Below, one piece after another: positions 19,306 to 27,916 of a stretch of DNA of 64,000 bases. The notes beneath the pieces are model-generated. The model worked only from the letters and a program-made list of their open reading frames with translations, had not been told where the DNA came from and did not search any database. Source of the stretch: Escherichia phage vB_EcoM_G50; sequence record NC_054917.1; one strand, written 5' to 3'. Numbering within the stretch: the stretch's first letter is position 1; every line of letters starts with the position of its first letter. The position numbers were made by a program, and so were the translations under genes.

Positions 19306-20274
19306 TTATTTCAGAAGAGTAACCTCAGCAATTTCTTCCCAACCGTTTTTGTCTGTCATAATAAAGTCAGCAAGATAAAGAGCAGTACGCAGTGAAACAT
19401 TACGTAAACGATTAACATTGACTTTCATCCATGATAATGCTTTATAAGTTTCTTCATCAGAAAGACCGCGCTTTTGCATCATGTCAGTTGAAAGAATAAC
19501 ATCTTCAACCCTGACCATAATTTCTTCATTAGTGTGAACACCCAAATCCAAATAAACTGAGCGGGACACTAATGCTTGTAAATGTGGAGCAAGTTTAGTA
19601 CCACGGTCTAATTCGCGGTCAATGTCAACGTTTGTGATAAAAACAATCGTTCCTTTAAATTCAAACTCACGCTCAATGCCTTTTTCTTCTAAGTAAGAAG
19701 ATGCGGTGCTCCAGCAGACTTTACGGGTCTCTCCAGTGTCCAGAGCAGCTTTCAGAAGATTAAGAATGTCCATATCAGAGAAAACATCCACATCATCAAT
19801 CAAAAGGACAGAATTCTCTTCACGATTATTCCAAAGCTGCTCATAAAGACCAATACCAGAGATTTTACCATTAATGCTTTTATATTCAATGTATCCAATA
19901 TCATTTGCTTTATTTAAAGCTTTATCTAAAGAATACGTTTTACCAATACCTGCTGCTCCCGAGATAATTAATGAACGAATGTTTCCGTTAATAATACCAT
20001 TCGTCATCATTCCCATAACATTAAATCTTTTATTAATGCGGGTTTTCATATCTTCATACGATTCTTTAACTTCTTCAACTTTTACACCATCATATGAAAT
20101 GTCTGATTTGTAAACCCAAACACCGCGACGTTTACCGTCAATTTCAACAAAAACTTTACCATCTCCTTGTGCATCTACCGGAGCATTATCTGGGAACCAT
20201 TCGCCTAAGAGCTCAAAAGTTCCAGAAATTTCTTTACCGAAGTAGATACCCTTATTGATAGTTACAGTTTTCAT
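19306..20274 (-). CDS. P-loop NTPase (AAA-like ATPase), function unknown
   Basis: 322 aa; Walker A GAAGIGKT and Walker B LLIDDVD; about 100-aa N-terminal extra domain. Confidence 0.65.
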   Translation of the reverse strand: MKTVTINKGIYFGKEISGTFELLGEWFPDNAPVDAQGDGKVFVEIDGKRRGVWVYKSDISYDGVKVEEVKESYEDMKTRINKRFNVMGMMTNGIINGNIRSLIISGAAGIGKTYSLDKALNKANDIGYIEYKSINGKISGIGLYEQLWNNREENSVLLIDDVDVFSDMDILNLLKAALDTGETRKVCWSTASSYLEEKGIEREFEFKGTIVFITNVDIDRELDRGTKLAPHLQALVSRSVYLDLGVHTNEEIMVRVEDVILSTDMMQKRGLSDEETYKALSWMKVNVNRLRNVSLRTALYLADFIMTDKNGWEEIAEVTLLK

Positions 20275-20331
20275 TTTATTCTCCTTTGATTTGATAGGAC
20301 TACTATAACATAGTCCTATCAGTTTGTATAC

Positions 20332-20532
20332 TTATTTTGACATTTCTTCGATGTCACGACGATACCCGTCACGAACTTCACGAAGAGCTTCAAGGCCACA
20401 CATAGGCTCGATACCTGTAATGTGAACTTGATTAATCTGATACTCTACATCTTCTAACTGAGCGAAAACATAACGACGTTCAGCTGCACAACCAGATTTA
20501 GCTTTACCGAAACGTTTATTCAAAGTAGTCAT
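20332..20532 (-). CDS. Hypothetical protein
   Basis: 66-aa ORF downstream of the early promoter at 20571-20600. Confidence 0.5.
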   Translation of the reverse strand: MTTLNKRFGKAKSGCAAERRYVFAQLEDVEYQINQVHITGIEPMCGLEALREVRDGYRRDIEEMSK

Positions 20533-20570
20533 TTTGTATCTCCAATTTACTCATTTGTTTTGATAAATCT

Positions 20571-20600
20571 ATAGTATCAACAACTACAGACCATGTAAAC
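20571..20600 (-). promoter_or_regulatory. T4-type early promoter (-35 GTTTAC, 18 nt, -10 TACTAT)
   Basis: Minus strand GGTTTACatggtctgtagttgttgaTACTAT. Confidence 0.5.
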
Positions 20601-20624
20601 CGTTTTATGAAAAATTTTTGAAAT

Positions 20625-20648
20625 AAAAAAGGGAGCCCGAAGGCTCCC
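20625..20648 (-). terminator. Intrinsic terminator (GGGAGCC-UUCG-GGCUCCC plus U6)
   Basis: Perfect 7-bp GC stem with UUCG loop directly after the stop of the 337-aa ORF, followed by UUUUUU on the minus strand. Confidence 0.7.
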
Positions 20649-20650
20649 TA

Positions 20651-21664
20651 TCATTTATAATAACTTCGGTGGTTTTCAAGATAGACCTTCTCAAGGAAGT
20701 CATCCCAGAAACTCATGTCTACTGTTTTAGGCATACCGTTCTTAGAAGCTTCAGTAGATGCTGCTTCTACTTGATCGACCACATCTTCCAAAAACTCTTG
20801 AACTGTTTTAAATGGATGTTTACCCAACTTCACGTCGAGAATAAATGGAGCATCTTGAAGTGGATAGACTAAGTCACCAGTTTTGTAAATTTCCAATAGT
20901 TGGAGTCCACCACGACAAGCATGACTCAAAGCTTTCCAGTCAATACCTTCATTGGCTTCAGCCTTACGAGCACGTTCACCGTATTCAGCATCTAATTTGT
21001 TCAGTGACTGCTTAAGCTCAATAAGAGAAAGCGTTGTCTGATATTTACGACCCAACACTGTGTAAAACGTCTGTGGGCCTGTTTTCTCATGATTATGGAA
21101 CACCCATTCACAGAATTCGTTTTCTGGAAGACGATGCTTAATATCTTCAACTTTAGTACGACGCTGCTTAATGGAACCGTCTTCTTGGTAATCAACCCAT
21201 TGCTCAGGGATTTGATTAACTACTTTCAATACATCGCGTAATGCAGCCAAACGAGAACCCTTGACACCGTATTTAGAAGCTTGCTTGCGGACATATCCTA
21301 AATAGGATTTCATGTTAGTCGTATAAAAACGAGAACGGTTGTCTTGAATAAACTTCCACACATCAGGCAAATCAGATTTAACCACTAGTTCAGGTGGAGT
21401 ATGAAGCATATCCAATGCTACAGTTTCACCATCTGCTGCTAATTTAAAGAAATATTTAAGACTGTATAGTTCATGGTCAATATCATCTTTAGTGTTTTTA
21501 GATGATGTATTGTTAGTGTTTTTACTCATGTGCTCTTTGACATTTCCGATAAGAATATCGCGAGCAGGAGGAACAAAGATTTCTTTAAAATCTACATCAG
21601 ATTCTGGGGTAGAAGTTCCATAAAGATGACTACCAAAATAGCTTTTCATTACTGTTTTCATCAT
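20651..21664 (-). CDS. Putative Pol-beta-superfamily nucleotidyltransferase
   Basis: 337 aa; N-terminal GS-x10-DxD signature (FGSHLYGTSTPESDVDF) typical of minimal nucleotidyltransferase folds; remainder uncharacterised. Confidence 0.55.
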   Translation of the reverse strand: MMKTVMKSYFGSHLYGTSTPESDVDFKEIFVPPARDILIGNVKEHMSKNTNNTSSKNTKDDIDHELYSLKYFFKLAADGETVALDMLHTPPELVVKSDLPDVWKFIQDNRSRFYTTNMKSYLGYVRKQASKYGVKGSRLAALRDVLKVVNQIPEQWVDYQEDGSIKQRRTKVEDIKHRLPENEFCEWVFHNHEKTGPQTFYTVLGRKYQTTLSLIELKQSLNKLDAEYGERARKAEANEGIDWKALSHACRGGLQLLEIYKTGDLVYPLQDAPFILDVKLGKHPFKTVQEFLEDVVDQVEAASTEASKNGMPKTVDMSFWDDFLEKVYLENHRSYYK

Positions 21665-22122
21665 TCAGCCTTATATTCAATAACAGGACATACTTTAGCT
21701 TTACGAGCTTTTAAAAATTCGACGATAATCGATTTCTTGGGTTGAATAGGAGGTAAACCTTTATACGCTCTATCAATATTTTCTACGTGTAAAGCATAAT
21801 CCTTTTTCCATTTATAATCTTTATATTTTTCACGCAAATGTGCAGGAATAACAAATGAACCGATAATAAGTAAAACAACCAAAAGTGCAAGTATAAATGC
21901 TGATGGAATAAGAGTCCATAAACTACCAAAAATAAGCCATTTCTGCATGATTTCTGCGCAGATAATAGTTAGACCTGCGAGTATAGTACATCCGAAAAAA
22001 GAAACGAAAAATGTAGGAATAACAATAGACCAAAAATACGCGCACAGTGTCTTAGGTCGTTGCCATTCATCGTTAAACAATTTGAATAATTTATAGTGCC
22101 AAGAGTTTTCATTAATAATCAT
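21661..22122 (-). CDS. Integral membrane protein
   Basis: 153 aa with 3-4 hydrophobic helices; 4-nt overlap with the nucleotidyltransferase-like gene. Confidence 0.55.
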   Translation of the reverse strand: MIINENSWHYKLFKLFNDEWQRPKTLCAYFWSIVIPTFFVSFFGCTILAGLTIICAEIMQKWLIFGSLWTLIPSAFILALLVVLLIIGSFVIPAHLREKYKDYKWKKDYALHVENIDRAYKGLPPIQPKKSIIVEFLKARKAKVCPVIEYKAE

Positions 22123-22124
22123 AA

Positions 22125-22646
22125 TTATCCTTTCATTGAAGGTGTAACAGTTGTTAAATACTTAATCATAGCTTCAGCTTCTGATTTTGATAATGAAATT
22201 TCTCCATTGTTTTGACGAATAGAAATAAAATCCGGATGACGGTCACCACCAGCTTTTAAAACACACATATAAGTATCAACTTCATCTTCAATATTTGAAA
22301 TGATTGAAGCAGTTCCACATGAATGCGGTTTTTGATAAATCAATACAGCTTTTCTTCCACCGTTTGACTGTTCATAAACTTTTAACACATCAAACAAATC
22401 ACTTCTTTTATCAATAGCTAAAATGTTGTTTTCATCTTCAATGTTAAATCCTTCGGATACTTCATAAAGTGTCACCCATAAATCACCTATATCGATAGTA
22501 GCATTTTCCTTTCCATGACTTTCAAGAGCATGACAAATTTTCTTGATTTCGTCATAACTCATTTTAATAATATCATCTCCTTGACTAAGGAAGATGTCAT
22601 TTTTAAATTCAACACGAATTAAACCACTTTCACTTGAAATAAACAT
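22125..22646 (-). CDS. Hypothetical protein, paralog A of a tandem pair
   Basis: 173 aa; shares EGFNIEDEN and ...IRQNNGEISLSKSEAEAMIKYLTTVTPSM with the adjacent ORF. Confidence 0.55.
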   Translation of the reverse strand: MFISSESGLIRVEFKNDIFLSQGDDIIKMSYDEIKKICHALESHGKENATIDIGDLWVTLYEVSEGFNIEDENNILAIDKRSDLFDVLKVYEQSNGGRKAVLIYQKPHSCGTASIISNIEDEVDTYMCVLKAGGDRHPDFISIRQNNGEISLSKSEAEAMIKYLTTVTPSMKG

Positions 22647-22652
22647 ATTTCC

Positions 22653-23207
22653 TCACTTTGAAATCATAGTTGGAATAACAGAATCAAGATAAGTCTTTAG
22701 TGCAATAGCTTCGTCTTTGGTAAATGTGACAATATGTGCTCGAAAATCGTCAATTTGACGAATAGTTAAGACGTCTCCATCTTCATAGCATTTTGAAACA
22801 TTTAAAATAGTTTCATCATTATGATTACAGGAGTTAGTAATAATAGCATTGCAATTTTTAAGCCATTTTAAACTATGTTTTCTTTCATTAGAATAATAAA
22901 AATATTTAATCTTAGTTATAAAATTATCCCAATTGTTAATTGATAAGCATATTGACTCGCTTTCAATATTAAATCCTGGGCATAAAGAATAGAAATGAAT
23001 TTTATGCTCATCATTAATGCTTACAATTTTATCAGTATAAGGTTTTTCAATTTGGGTTAAATGAATAATTTCGCTAGGCGTAAAATATAGCATATCGTCT
23101 TCTTGCGTCAAACGATACATATTATTTACTTTTTCTATAGCCAATTCACCAAAAAGTGAACTAACTTCTAATACTAATCGTTTCATATTAATCCTTTTTA
23201 TTGGCAC
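22653..23207 (-). CDS. Hypothetical protein, paralog B of a tandem pair
   Basis: 184 aa; PGFNIESES and ...IRQIDDFRAHIVTFTKDEAIALKTYLDSVIPTM align with paralog A. Confidence 0.55.
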   Translation of the reverse strand: MPIKRINMKRLVLEVSSLFGELAIEKVNNMYRLTQEDDMLYFTPSEIIHLTQIEKPYTDKIVSINDEHKIHFYSLCPGFNIESESICLSINNWDNFITKIKYFYYSNERKHSLKWLKNCNAIITNSCNHNDETILNVSKCYEDGDVLTIRQIDDFRAHIVTFTKDEAIALKTYLDSVIPTMISK

Positions 23208-23466
23208 GAATTTGTTCTAAAATTTTAGAATATTCCTTTGTATCAGATTTACGTACAATTGATACACTATAAGGCATACTATCGGTGTCTTTTATAAAGC
23301 GTTCCAAATGACACTCTAACAAAATTTCTGGATTATAAATCGTGTACATCAAATTACCTGTTGCTCCACGATATTGGCAGATTTCTACTGATTGAACACC
23401 ATTCCATAATTTTGTTAAAACTAAATCACCTACTTCTAATTTAGGAAAGCCCATGTTATTCACCAA
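23188..23466 (-). CDS. Hypothetical protein
   Basis: 92-aa ORF. Confidence 0.5.
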   Translation of the reverse strand: MVNNMGFPKLEVGDLVLTKLWNGVQSVEICQYRGATGNLMYTIYNPEILLECHLERFIKDTDSMPYSVSIVRKSDTKEYSKILEQIRANKKD

Positions 23467-23641
23467 TTAAAGTTTCAATATAAGAATCAAGATTTACTTT
23501 AGCTTCTTCCATAAGAGTTTTGTATTTAATCTTGTTAGCATGTCCGGAGAAAGCTGATTCATCAATAATTGTTGATGTATGAACAGCTTTACTATACGTC
23601 TCAATTAATTCTCTTAATTTAAAAGCCTGCTCACTTGTCAT
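23456..23641 (-). CDS. Hypothetical protein
   Basis: 61-aa ORF; preceded by a 34-codon micro-ORF with TAATG stop/start overlap. Confidence 0.45.
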   Translation of the reverse strand: MTSEQAFKLRELIETYSKAVHTSTIIDESAFSGHANKIKYKTLMEEAKVNLDSYIETLIGE

Positions 23642-23762
23642 TACATACTCCTTTGAATAATATCAATAATGTTGTTCACCAGATTATAAGTAAACATTGG
23701 GTAATTATATTGAATCATCACATACACAACAAACAAAACTTTCATTCTCTTCTCCTTGGCAG

Positions 23763-23803
23763 TTGACAAGATTACTATACCATAACCTTGTCAACTTGTA
23801 AAC
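23763..23803 (-). promoter_or_regulatory. Early promoter (-35 GTTTAC / -10 TATAGT) flanked by a 9-bp inverted repeat (candidate operator)
   Basis: Inverted repeat arms GTTGACAAG (23763-23771) and CTTGTCAAC (23787-23795) bracket the -10 element. Confidence 0.4.
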
Positions 23804-23968
23804 CATTAAATGGCGTTTTCAATAAAATTCTGAAGCTTTGTGTGAGCATCAACCATGATTTTCATTTCTTCTTTTGCGAAAGCTGTACCTCTTTCCCGAG
23901 CAGAATACTCATAGTCAGAAACTGCATTAGCATATTCTTCAATTAGCTTCATTAAAAACATCTGCTTT

Positions 23969-24163
23969 TCAGTTTTCATTATTCCACCTAATCATTTCAA
24001 GATATTGAACTAACTTAGCTTTAGATTTATCCAAATCTCTTTTAGCTGCTTCTATACCGTCGTATGAATATCCTTCACAATGCTCAACTGCTAATTGATA
24101 TGAATCTATTTCAATATCACGTGCTAATTTAATGATTTTTTCAAACTGTTCGCGTGTTAGCAT
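23969..24163 (-). CDS. Hypothetical protein
   Basis: 64-aa ORF. Confidence 0.45.
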   Translation of the reverse strand: MLTREQFEKIIKLARDIEIDSYQLAVEHCEGYSYDGIEAAKRDLDKSKAKLVQYLEMIRWNNEN

Positions 24164-24165
24164 AC

Positions 24166-24405
24166 TTAAACTCTCGTATTATGATCGATAATTTCATCAA
24201 GAAACATATCTAACGCTTCTAAAGCATTATCCACTTTAGTTTCAAAGTCTTTAATGCCTTTATTCGAAATACCCGATGAATACCAAGCAAAGTTAATGCG
24301 CTCCTCGTCTGCTTTACGAATTAAAGCTACCAATTCCTTAATTTTATCAGCTTGTTCGATACTAATCATTATTCCACCACATATGAAAGAGAGAATATAG
24401 CACAC
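24166..24405 (-). CDS. Hypothetical protein
   Basis: 79-aa track ORF; start may be the internal ATG ([14 protein letters not shown]). Confidence 0.45.
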   Translation of the reverse strand: MCYILSFICGGIMISIEQADKIKELVALIRKADEERINFAWYSSGISNKGIKDFETKVDNALEALDMFLDEIIDHNTRV

Positions 24406-24557
24406 GCCATGTGAGTTGCAGCTTCATCACACATATTATAACGTTTCTTAAGAAATTCTACAAGTTCTTCACTAGTAACTTCATCCATGTCGACGAAAAA
24501 ATCACCATTAATGATGACGTAGATATTTCCTTCTTGATTGAGTGCTTCAATTTTCAT
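24369..24557 (-). CDS. Hypothetical protein
   Basis: Track ORF shortened to [11 protein letters not shown], which has a GAGGAG ribosome-binding site and lies downstream of the promoter at 24586-24615. Confidence 0.45.
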   Translation of the reverse strand: MKIEALNQEGNIYVIINGDFFVDMDEVTSEELVEFLKKRYNMCDEAATHMACAIFSLSYVVE

Positions 24558-24585
24558 GATGTTCTCCTCTTTATCCGATAGTTGT

Positions 24586-24615
24586 ATAGTACCACAGCTC
24601 AAACGGAAAGTAAAC
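24586..24615 (-). promoter_or_regulatory. T4-type early promoter (-35 GTTTAC, 18 nt, -10 TACTAT)
   Basis: Minus strand GGTTTACtttccgtttgagctgtggTACTATacaactatc; same promoter-leader block as at 18870 and 35449. Confidence 0.55.
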
Positions 24616-24625
24616 CGGTAAAATG

Positions 24626-24648
24626 AAAAAAGTCTCCCGAAGGAGACT
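24626..24648 (-). terminator. Intrinsic terminator (AGUCUCC-UUCG-GGAGACU plus U-run)
   Basis: 7-bp stem with UUCG loop just after the stop of the 128-aa ORF, followed by UUUUU. Confidence 0.65.
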
Positions 24649-24652
24649 AATG

Positions 24653-25039
24653 TTATTCGAGGGAAAGAAGATATTTACTCTGGTAAAACATTCCAGTAAT
24701 ATCATCTATCGTGCTTTGAATGGCTGGAGGCATTTCTTTATAAATGCTGTTAGATTGGTCTAGTATGCGATCAATCATTTTAATTGTGTCGGTAGGAAGT
24801 TTACTAGCATCTGGAATTGAAGGTGTGTATTTTCTACCAGAATACCCCAAATATTGCTCACCAAATTTATCAATCAAATCTGGCAACTCGGAGAAAATAA
24901 AATCGTATGCTTTGTGTCTAGCATAACTTTTAGTTTCAAAATGTGCAGAATGAAAATAAGCTTGTGCAGCCATTAATAAACCTAAGTATTCATCTGCCTT
25001 TGAAGGTTTTCCACTTTGTGAAAAGTCGCTGAATTTCAT
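24653..25039 (-). CDS. Hypothetical protein (rI.-1-like position)
   Basis: 128-aa ORF immediately downstream of rI. Confidence 0.5.
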   Translation of the reverse strand: MKFSDFSQSGKPSKADEYLGLLMAAQAYFHSAHFETKSYARHKAYDFIFSELPDLIDKFGEQYLGYSGRKYTPSIPDASKLPTDTIKMIDRILDQSNSIYKEMPPAIQSTIDDITGMFYQSKYLLSLE

Positions 25040-25329
25040 TCAGTCTCCAATTTAATGTTCATAATTCTAGCGTATGATTGTGCCATCTCCGCGCCTCGTT
25101 CTATACATTCAAAATCAGAAGAGCACGGGTCATTTTTATAGGTCGTTCTCATAAAACTATAGAATTGTTCAGACGATTCTACGCTTTTATTTTCAAAAAG
25201 CATATAAACGTGCCTAATACCAGATTCCATAAATTTATCAAAATGAGGATCGACATTCGCTTCAATCGATGGAGATAAAACAAATGACAATCCTAGCATG
25301 GCAAAAAGTGCCGTTGCTTTTAAGGCCAT
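25036..25329 (-). CDS. rI: Lysis-inhibition antiholin RI
   Basis: 97 aa; N-terminal signal-anchor MALKATALFAMLGLSFVLSPSIEA and periplasmic domain; matches T4 RI as recalled; location upstream of tk. Confidence 0.85.
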   Translation of the reverse strand: MALKATALFAMLGLSFVLSPSIEANVDPHFDKFMESGIRHVYMLFENKSVESSEQFYSFMRTTYKNDPCSSDFECIERGAEMAQSYARIMNIKLETE

Positions 25330-25341
25330 AAAGGCCTCCTA

Positions 25342-25554
25342 TCATTTTTGTCCTGTATTTACTTTATGCCGATGCACGGCCTTAACTTTATCAAGGTATT
25401 TTTCAAAATTTCGCAATCTAGTATAGTCTGCCGGAGATTGGTTGAGTGATACTTCTCGACGCAAAGCTGAAATGATATTTCCAACTTCCCTACGAATTTC
25501 ATCTAATTGAAGAACAGTAAGATTGCGAAGTTGCTTTTCAGTTAATTGTAGCAT
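25342..25554 (-). CDS. Hypothetical protein (rI.1-like position)
   Basis: 70-aa ORF with a late-promoter motif upstream. Confidence 0.5.
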
Positions 25555-25579
25555 ATATACCCCTTTAGTTAGATAAACC

Positions 25580-25587
25580 TATTTATA
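25580..25587 (-). promoter_or_regulatory. T4 late promoter motif TATAAATA
   Basis: Exact TATAAATA on the minus strand about 25 nt upstream of the rI.1-like start. Confidence 0.5.
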
Positions 25588-25596
25588 ACTTTTGCA

Positions 25597-26178
25597 CTAA
25601 CCGAGCTTTTTGGTTAATTCATTCCAATGTTTTCTACACAAAGAAACATAAATTTCATCACCAATACAGATTTGATTACCTTCTTTAACTGGTGTTCCAT
25701 CTTCCATTAATCGAGCTGTCATAATCGCTTTTTTACCGCAATGACAAACTGCTTTTAGTTCAATAAGTTTATCTGCAATCGCTAAAAGTTCTTTAGAACC
25801 TTCAAACAATTTTCCAGCGAAATCAGTCCTTAATCCATAAGCCATAACAGGAACATTATATGTATCAACAATTCGGCTCAATTGATGCACTTGTTCAGTT
25901 TTTAAAAACTGAGCTTCATCTACAAATACGCAATGAATATCTTTTTGTGCTTCAGCCCATTTATAGAACTCAAAAATATCCATATCATCCGTAATAATAT
26001 TCGCTTCCTGCTTAATTCCAATGCGAGAAACGACTTCACAGACAGAATCACGAGTATCAATAGCAGGCTTAAGAACTAATACACCCATTCCGCGTTCTTT
26101 ATAATTATGCGCAGCAGTCAAAAGAGAAGCAGATTTTCCAGCATTCATTGCTGCATAAGTAAAAATTAAACTCGCCAT
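25597..26178 (-). CDS. tk: Thymidine kinase
   Basis: 193 aa; P-loop AAMNAGKS; C-terminal zinc-binding CxxC...CRKH region typical of type II thymidine kinases. Confidence 0.9.
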   Translation of the reverse strand: MASLIFTYAAMNAGKSASLLTAAHNYKERGMGVLVLKPAIDTRDSVCEVVSRIGIKQEANIITDDMDIFEFYKWAEAQKDIHCVFVDEAQFLKTEQVHQLSRIVDTYNVPVMAYGLRTDFAGKLFEGSKELLAIADKLIELKAVCHCGKKAIMTARLMEDGTPVKEGNQICIGDEIYVSLCRKHWNELTKKLG

Positions 26179-26187
26179 ATCACCTTC

Positions 26188-26379
26188 TTAAAGCGTATTC
26201 ACATAAGCTATTAATTCGTTTTCTTTCTTATCAAACCGGTCAGCAAATTCTTCCTGTTGTTCGGGAGATAGCGGGCCGTATTCATCATAAAAGGTGTTTG
26301 CTTCTATATGCTCATCTAGAAGTTCATGGATAAGCTCAAATAATTTATCTTTTTGTTCTTTACTCAGACTCATAGCCAT
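26188..26379 (-). CDS. Hypothetical acidic protein
   Basis: Track ORF shortened to MAMSLSKEQ to avoid overlap with the upstream ORF. Confidence 0.4.
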   Translation of the reverse strand: MAMSLSKEQKDKLFELIHELLDEHIEANTFYDEYGPLSPEQQEEFADRFDKKENELIAYVNTL

Positions 26380-26582
26380 GTAACCTTTAAGCAATATTCT
26401 TCTACATGTTGTTTACGACCTTTCCTATCAATAAAGGTATATTCAACGAATGTTCCAATATAGTCTTTATCTACATCATGAGGACTATTAATTGGGCATT
26501 TAGTACGGCAAATGCGTTCCCATTGACGAATAATTTCTGCTTTGTTTTTAGGATCAAACGGATGCGGGTAATGTACTTTCAT
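26370..26582 (-). CDS. Hypothetical protein
   Basis: 70-aa ORF. Confidence 0.45.
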   Translation of the reverse strand: MKVHYPHPFDPKNKAEIIRQWERICRTKCPINSPHDVDKDYIGTFVEYTFIDRKGRKQHVEEYCLKVTWL

Positions 26583-27033
26583 AATCCACCACTATTAAAT
26601 CAATATCAGGAGTAAACATGTCGATTAATTTAGAAACCTTATCCCAATCACCGCCAGCAATACCACAACCTATTCGTGGAATGTAAATTACTGGTTTAAA
26701 CAAAAGGGTCTCTGCCTGTAGATTTAATTCTATCATGCAGTTTACTAAAGCACCATAATCAAGATTAGGACCCGGTTCGTATTGCGTATACAGGTTATAG
26801 CATATACCAAATCCCGTAGGACTATGTTTAAAAACAATAGACATATCGCCTAATTTATCACGAGAACCGTACTCGGTAGTGGTTTTATCTATTTCTAAAA
26901 TTTTGGGATAGGCCCTCGCTAATTGACCCGCTACACCTGAACTCATAGTATGAAAGCAGTTGCACCCGTGCGCAATAATATTGCCTTGAAGAAATAGGGC
27001 GACAATATCGCCCTTGATATATTTTACAATCAT
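26554..27033 (-). CDS. Hypothetical protein, possible macro-domain-like fold
   Basis: 159 aa; motifs AHGCNCFHTMSSGVAG and IGCGIAGGDW loosely resemble macro-domain nucleotide-binding loops; unverified. Confidence 0.45.
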   Translation of the reverse strand: MIVKYIKGDIVALFLQGNIIAHGCNCFHTMSSGVAGQLARAYPKILEIDKTTTEYGSRDKLGDMSIVFKHSPTGFGICYNLYTQYEPGPNLDYGALVNCMIELNLQAETLLFKPVIYIPRIGCGIAGGDWDKVSKLIDMFTPDIDLIVVDYESTLPASV

Positions 27034-27371
27034 CTAGTACTCAATCCTCGATTATAAGAATCTACCAAACGGTCAACCATTGAATGACAAGCGGCTTTAT
27101 CTTTCTCCTCCGCAACTGAACATTCTAAGGTATTCCACTTTTTAGCATATCGTTTTAATAAAGTATCATTTTTGTATCTGCTTGATTTATCTCTTTCTCC
27201 GTCTTTATATGCATATATTAATTTCTGCGCAAATTCAGCTTGGCATGCTTTATTTTTCCCGCAATAATCCGCGGCAGTACGGTTTACATACTCTCTAATT
27301 TCAGTATATGATGTATTTGCTAACGCAGAAAATGAAATTAATCCTATACATAAAACCAAAATTTTAGTCAT
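27030..27371 (-). CDS. Small secreted Cys-containing protein (position of T4 vs; identity unverified)
   Basis: 113 aa; N-terminal signal peptide MTKILVLCIGLISFSALA; four Cys in the mature part. Confidence 0.5.
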   Translation of the reverse strand: MTKILVLCIGLISFSALANTSYTEIREYVNRTAADYCGKNKACQAEFAQKLIYAYKDGERDKSSRYKNDTLLKRYAKKWNTLECSVAEEKDKAACHSMVDRLVDSYNRGLSTR

Positions 27372-27909
27372 TTACTATTTCCAAAAGTTTATTATTTTTA
27401 AGGTAGTTAGCCTTTTCTAGGACTTCAGAAGCATATTTAGAACCTGCTTTAACATTCCATCCCGAATTATAAGAGGATATTGCCTTTCTTATATCACCCT
27501 TATGTATATTTAACCAATAAGAAAGTTCAATGTACGCCCAGGAAGCTGAATTGGACCGTTTATTCAACATTCTTTTTATTTCGGCATCGGTCATATTATA
27601 ACCAAGTTCCTTAATTCTTGCTCGCATAGTCGGCAAATAATTTTGGAACATTCCGTAGGCATGATGCTTTGGTTTAGATTTTAAATTAACTCCGGCAGAG
27701 CTTTCTTGCCATAAAATAGCAGCCATTATATGACCCAATCCGCTCTTGTGGATATTTTTGTGTGTTTTATATTTTCCATCCTTAGAAAATTGTTCCCCGA
27801 ATTGATACGCGTAACGCATGTTATCGAGTTGGACATTACTGAAAGTATGCTCGGAGCTATGTGCCATCATTGAAATTGCCAATAGACCAGCGAGTAGTGC
27901 TTTTCTCAT
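27364..27909 (-). CDS. Putative secreted lytic transglycosylase (SLT-domain-like)
   Basis: 181 aa; signal peptide; SLT-like motifs WQESS (catalytic Glu-Ser), GMFQ and SYNSG. Confidence 0.65.
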   Translation of the reverse strand: MRKALLAGLLAISMMAHSSEHTFSNVQLDNMRYAYQFGEQFSKDGKYKTHKNIHKSGLGHIMAAILWQESSAGVNLKSKPKHHAYGMFQNYLPTMRARIKELGYNMTDAEIKRMLNKRSNSASWAYIELSYWLNIHKGDIRKAISSYNSGWNVKAGSKYASEVLEKANYLKNNKLLEIVND

Positions 27910-27916
27910 GCTTACC

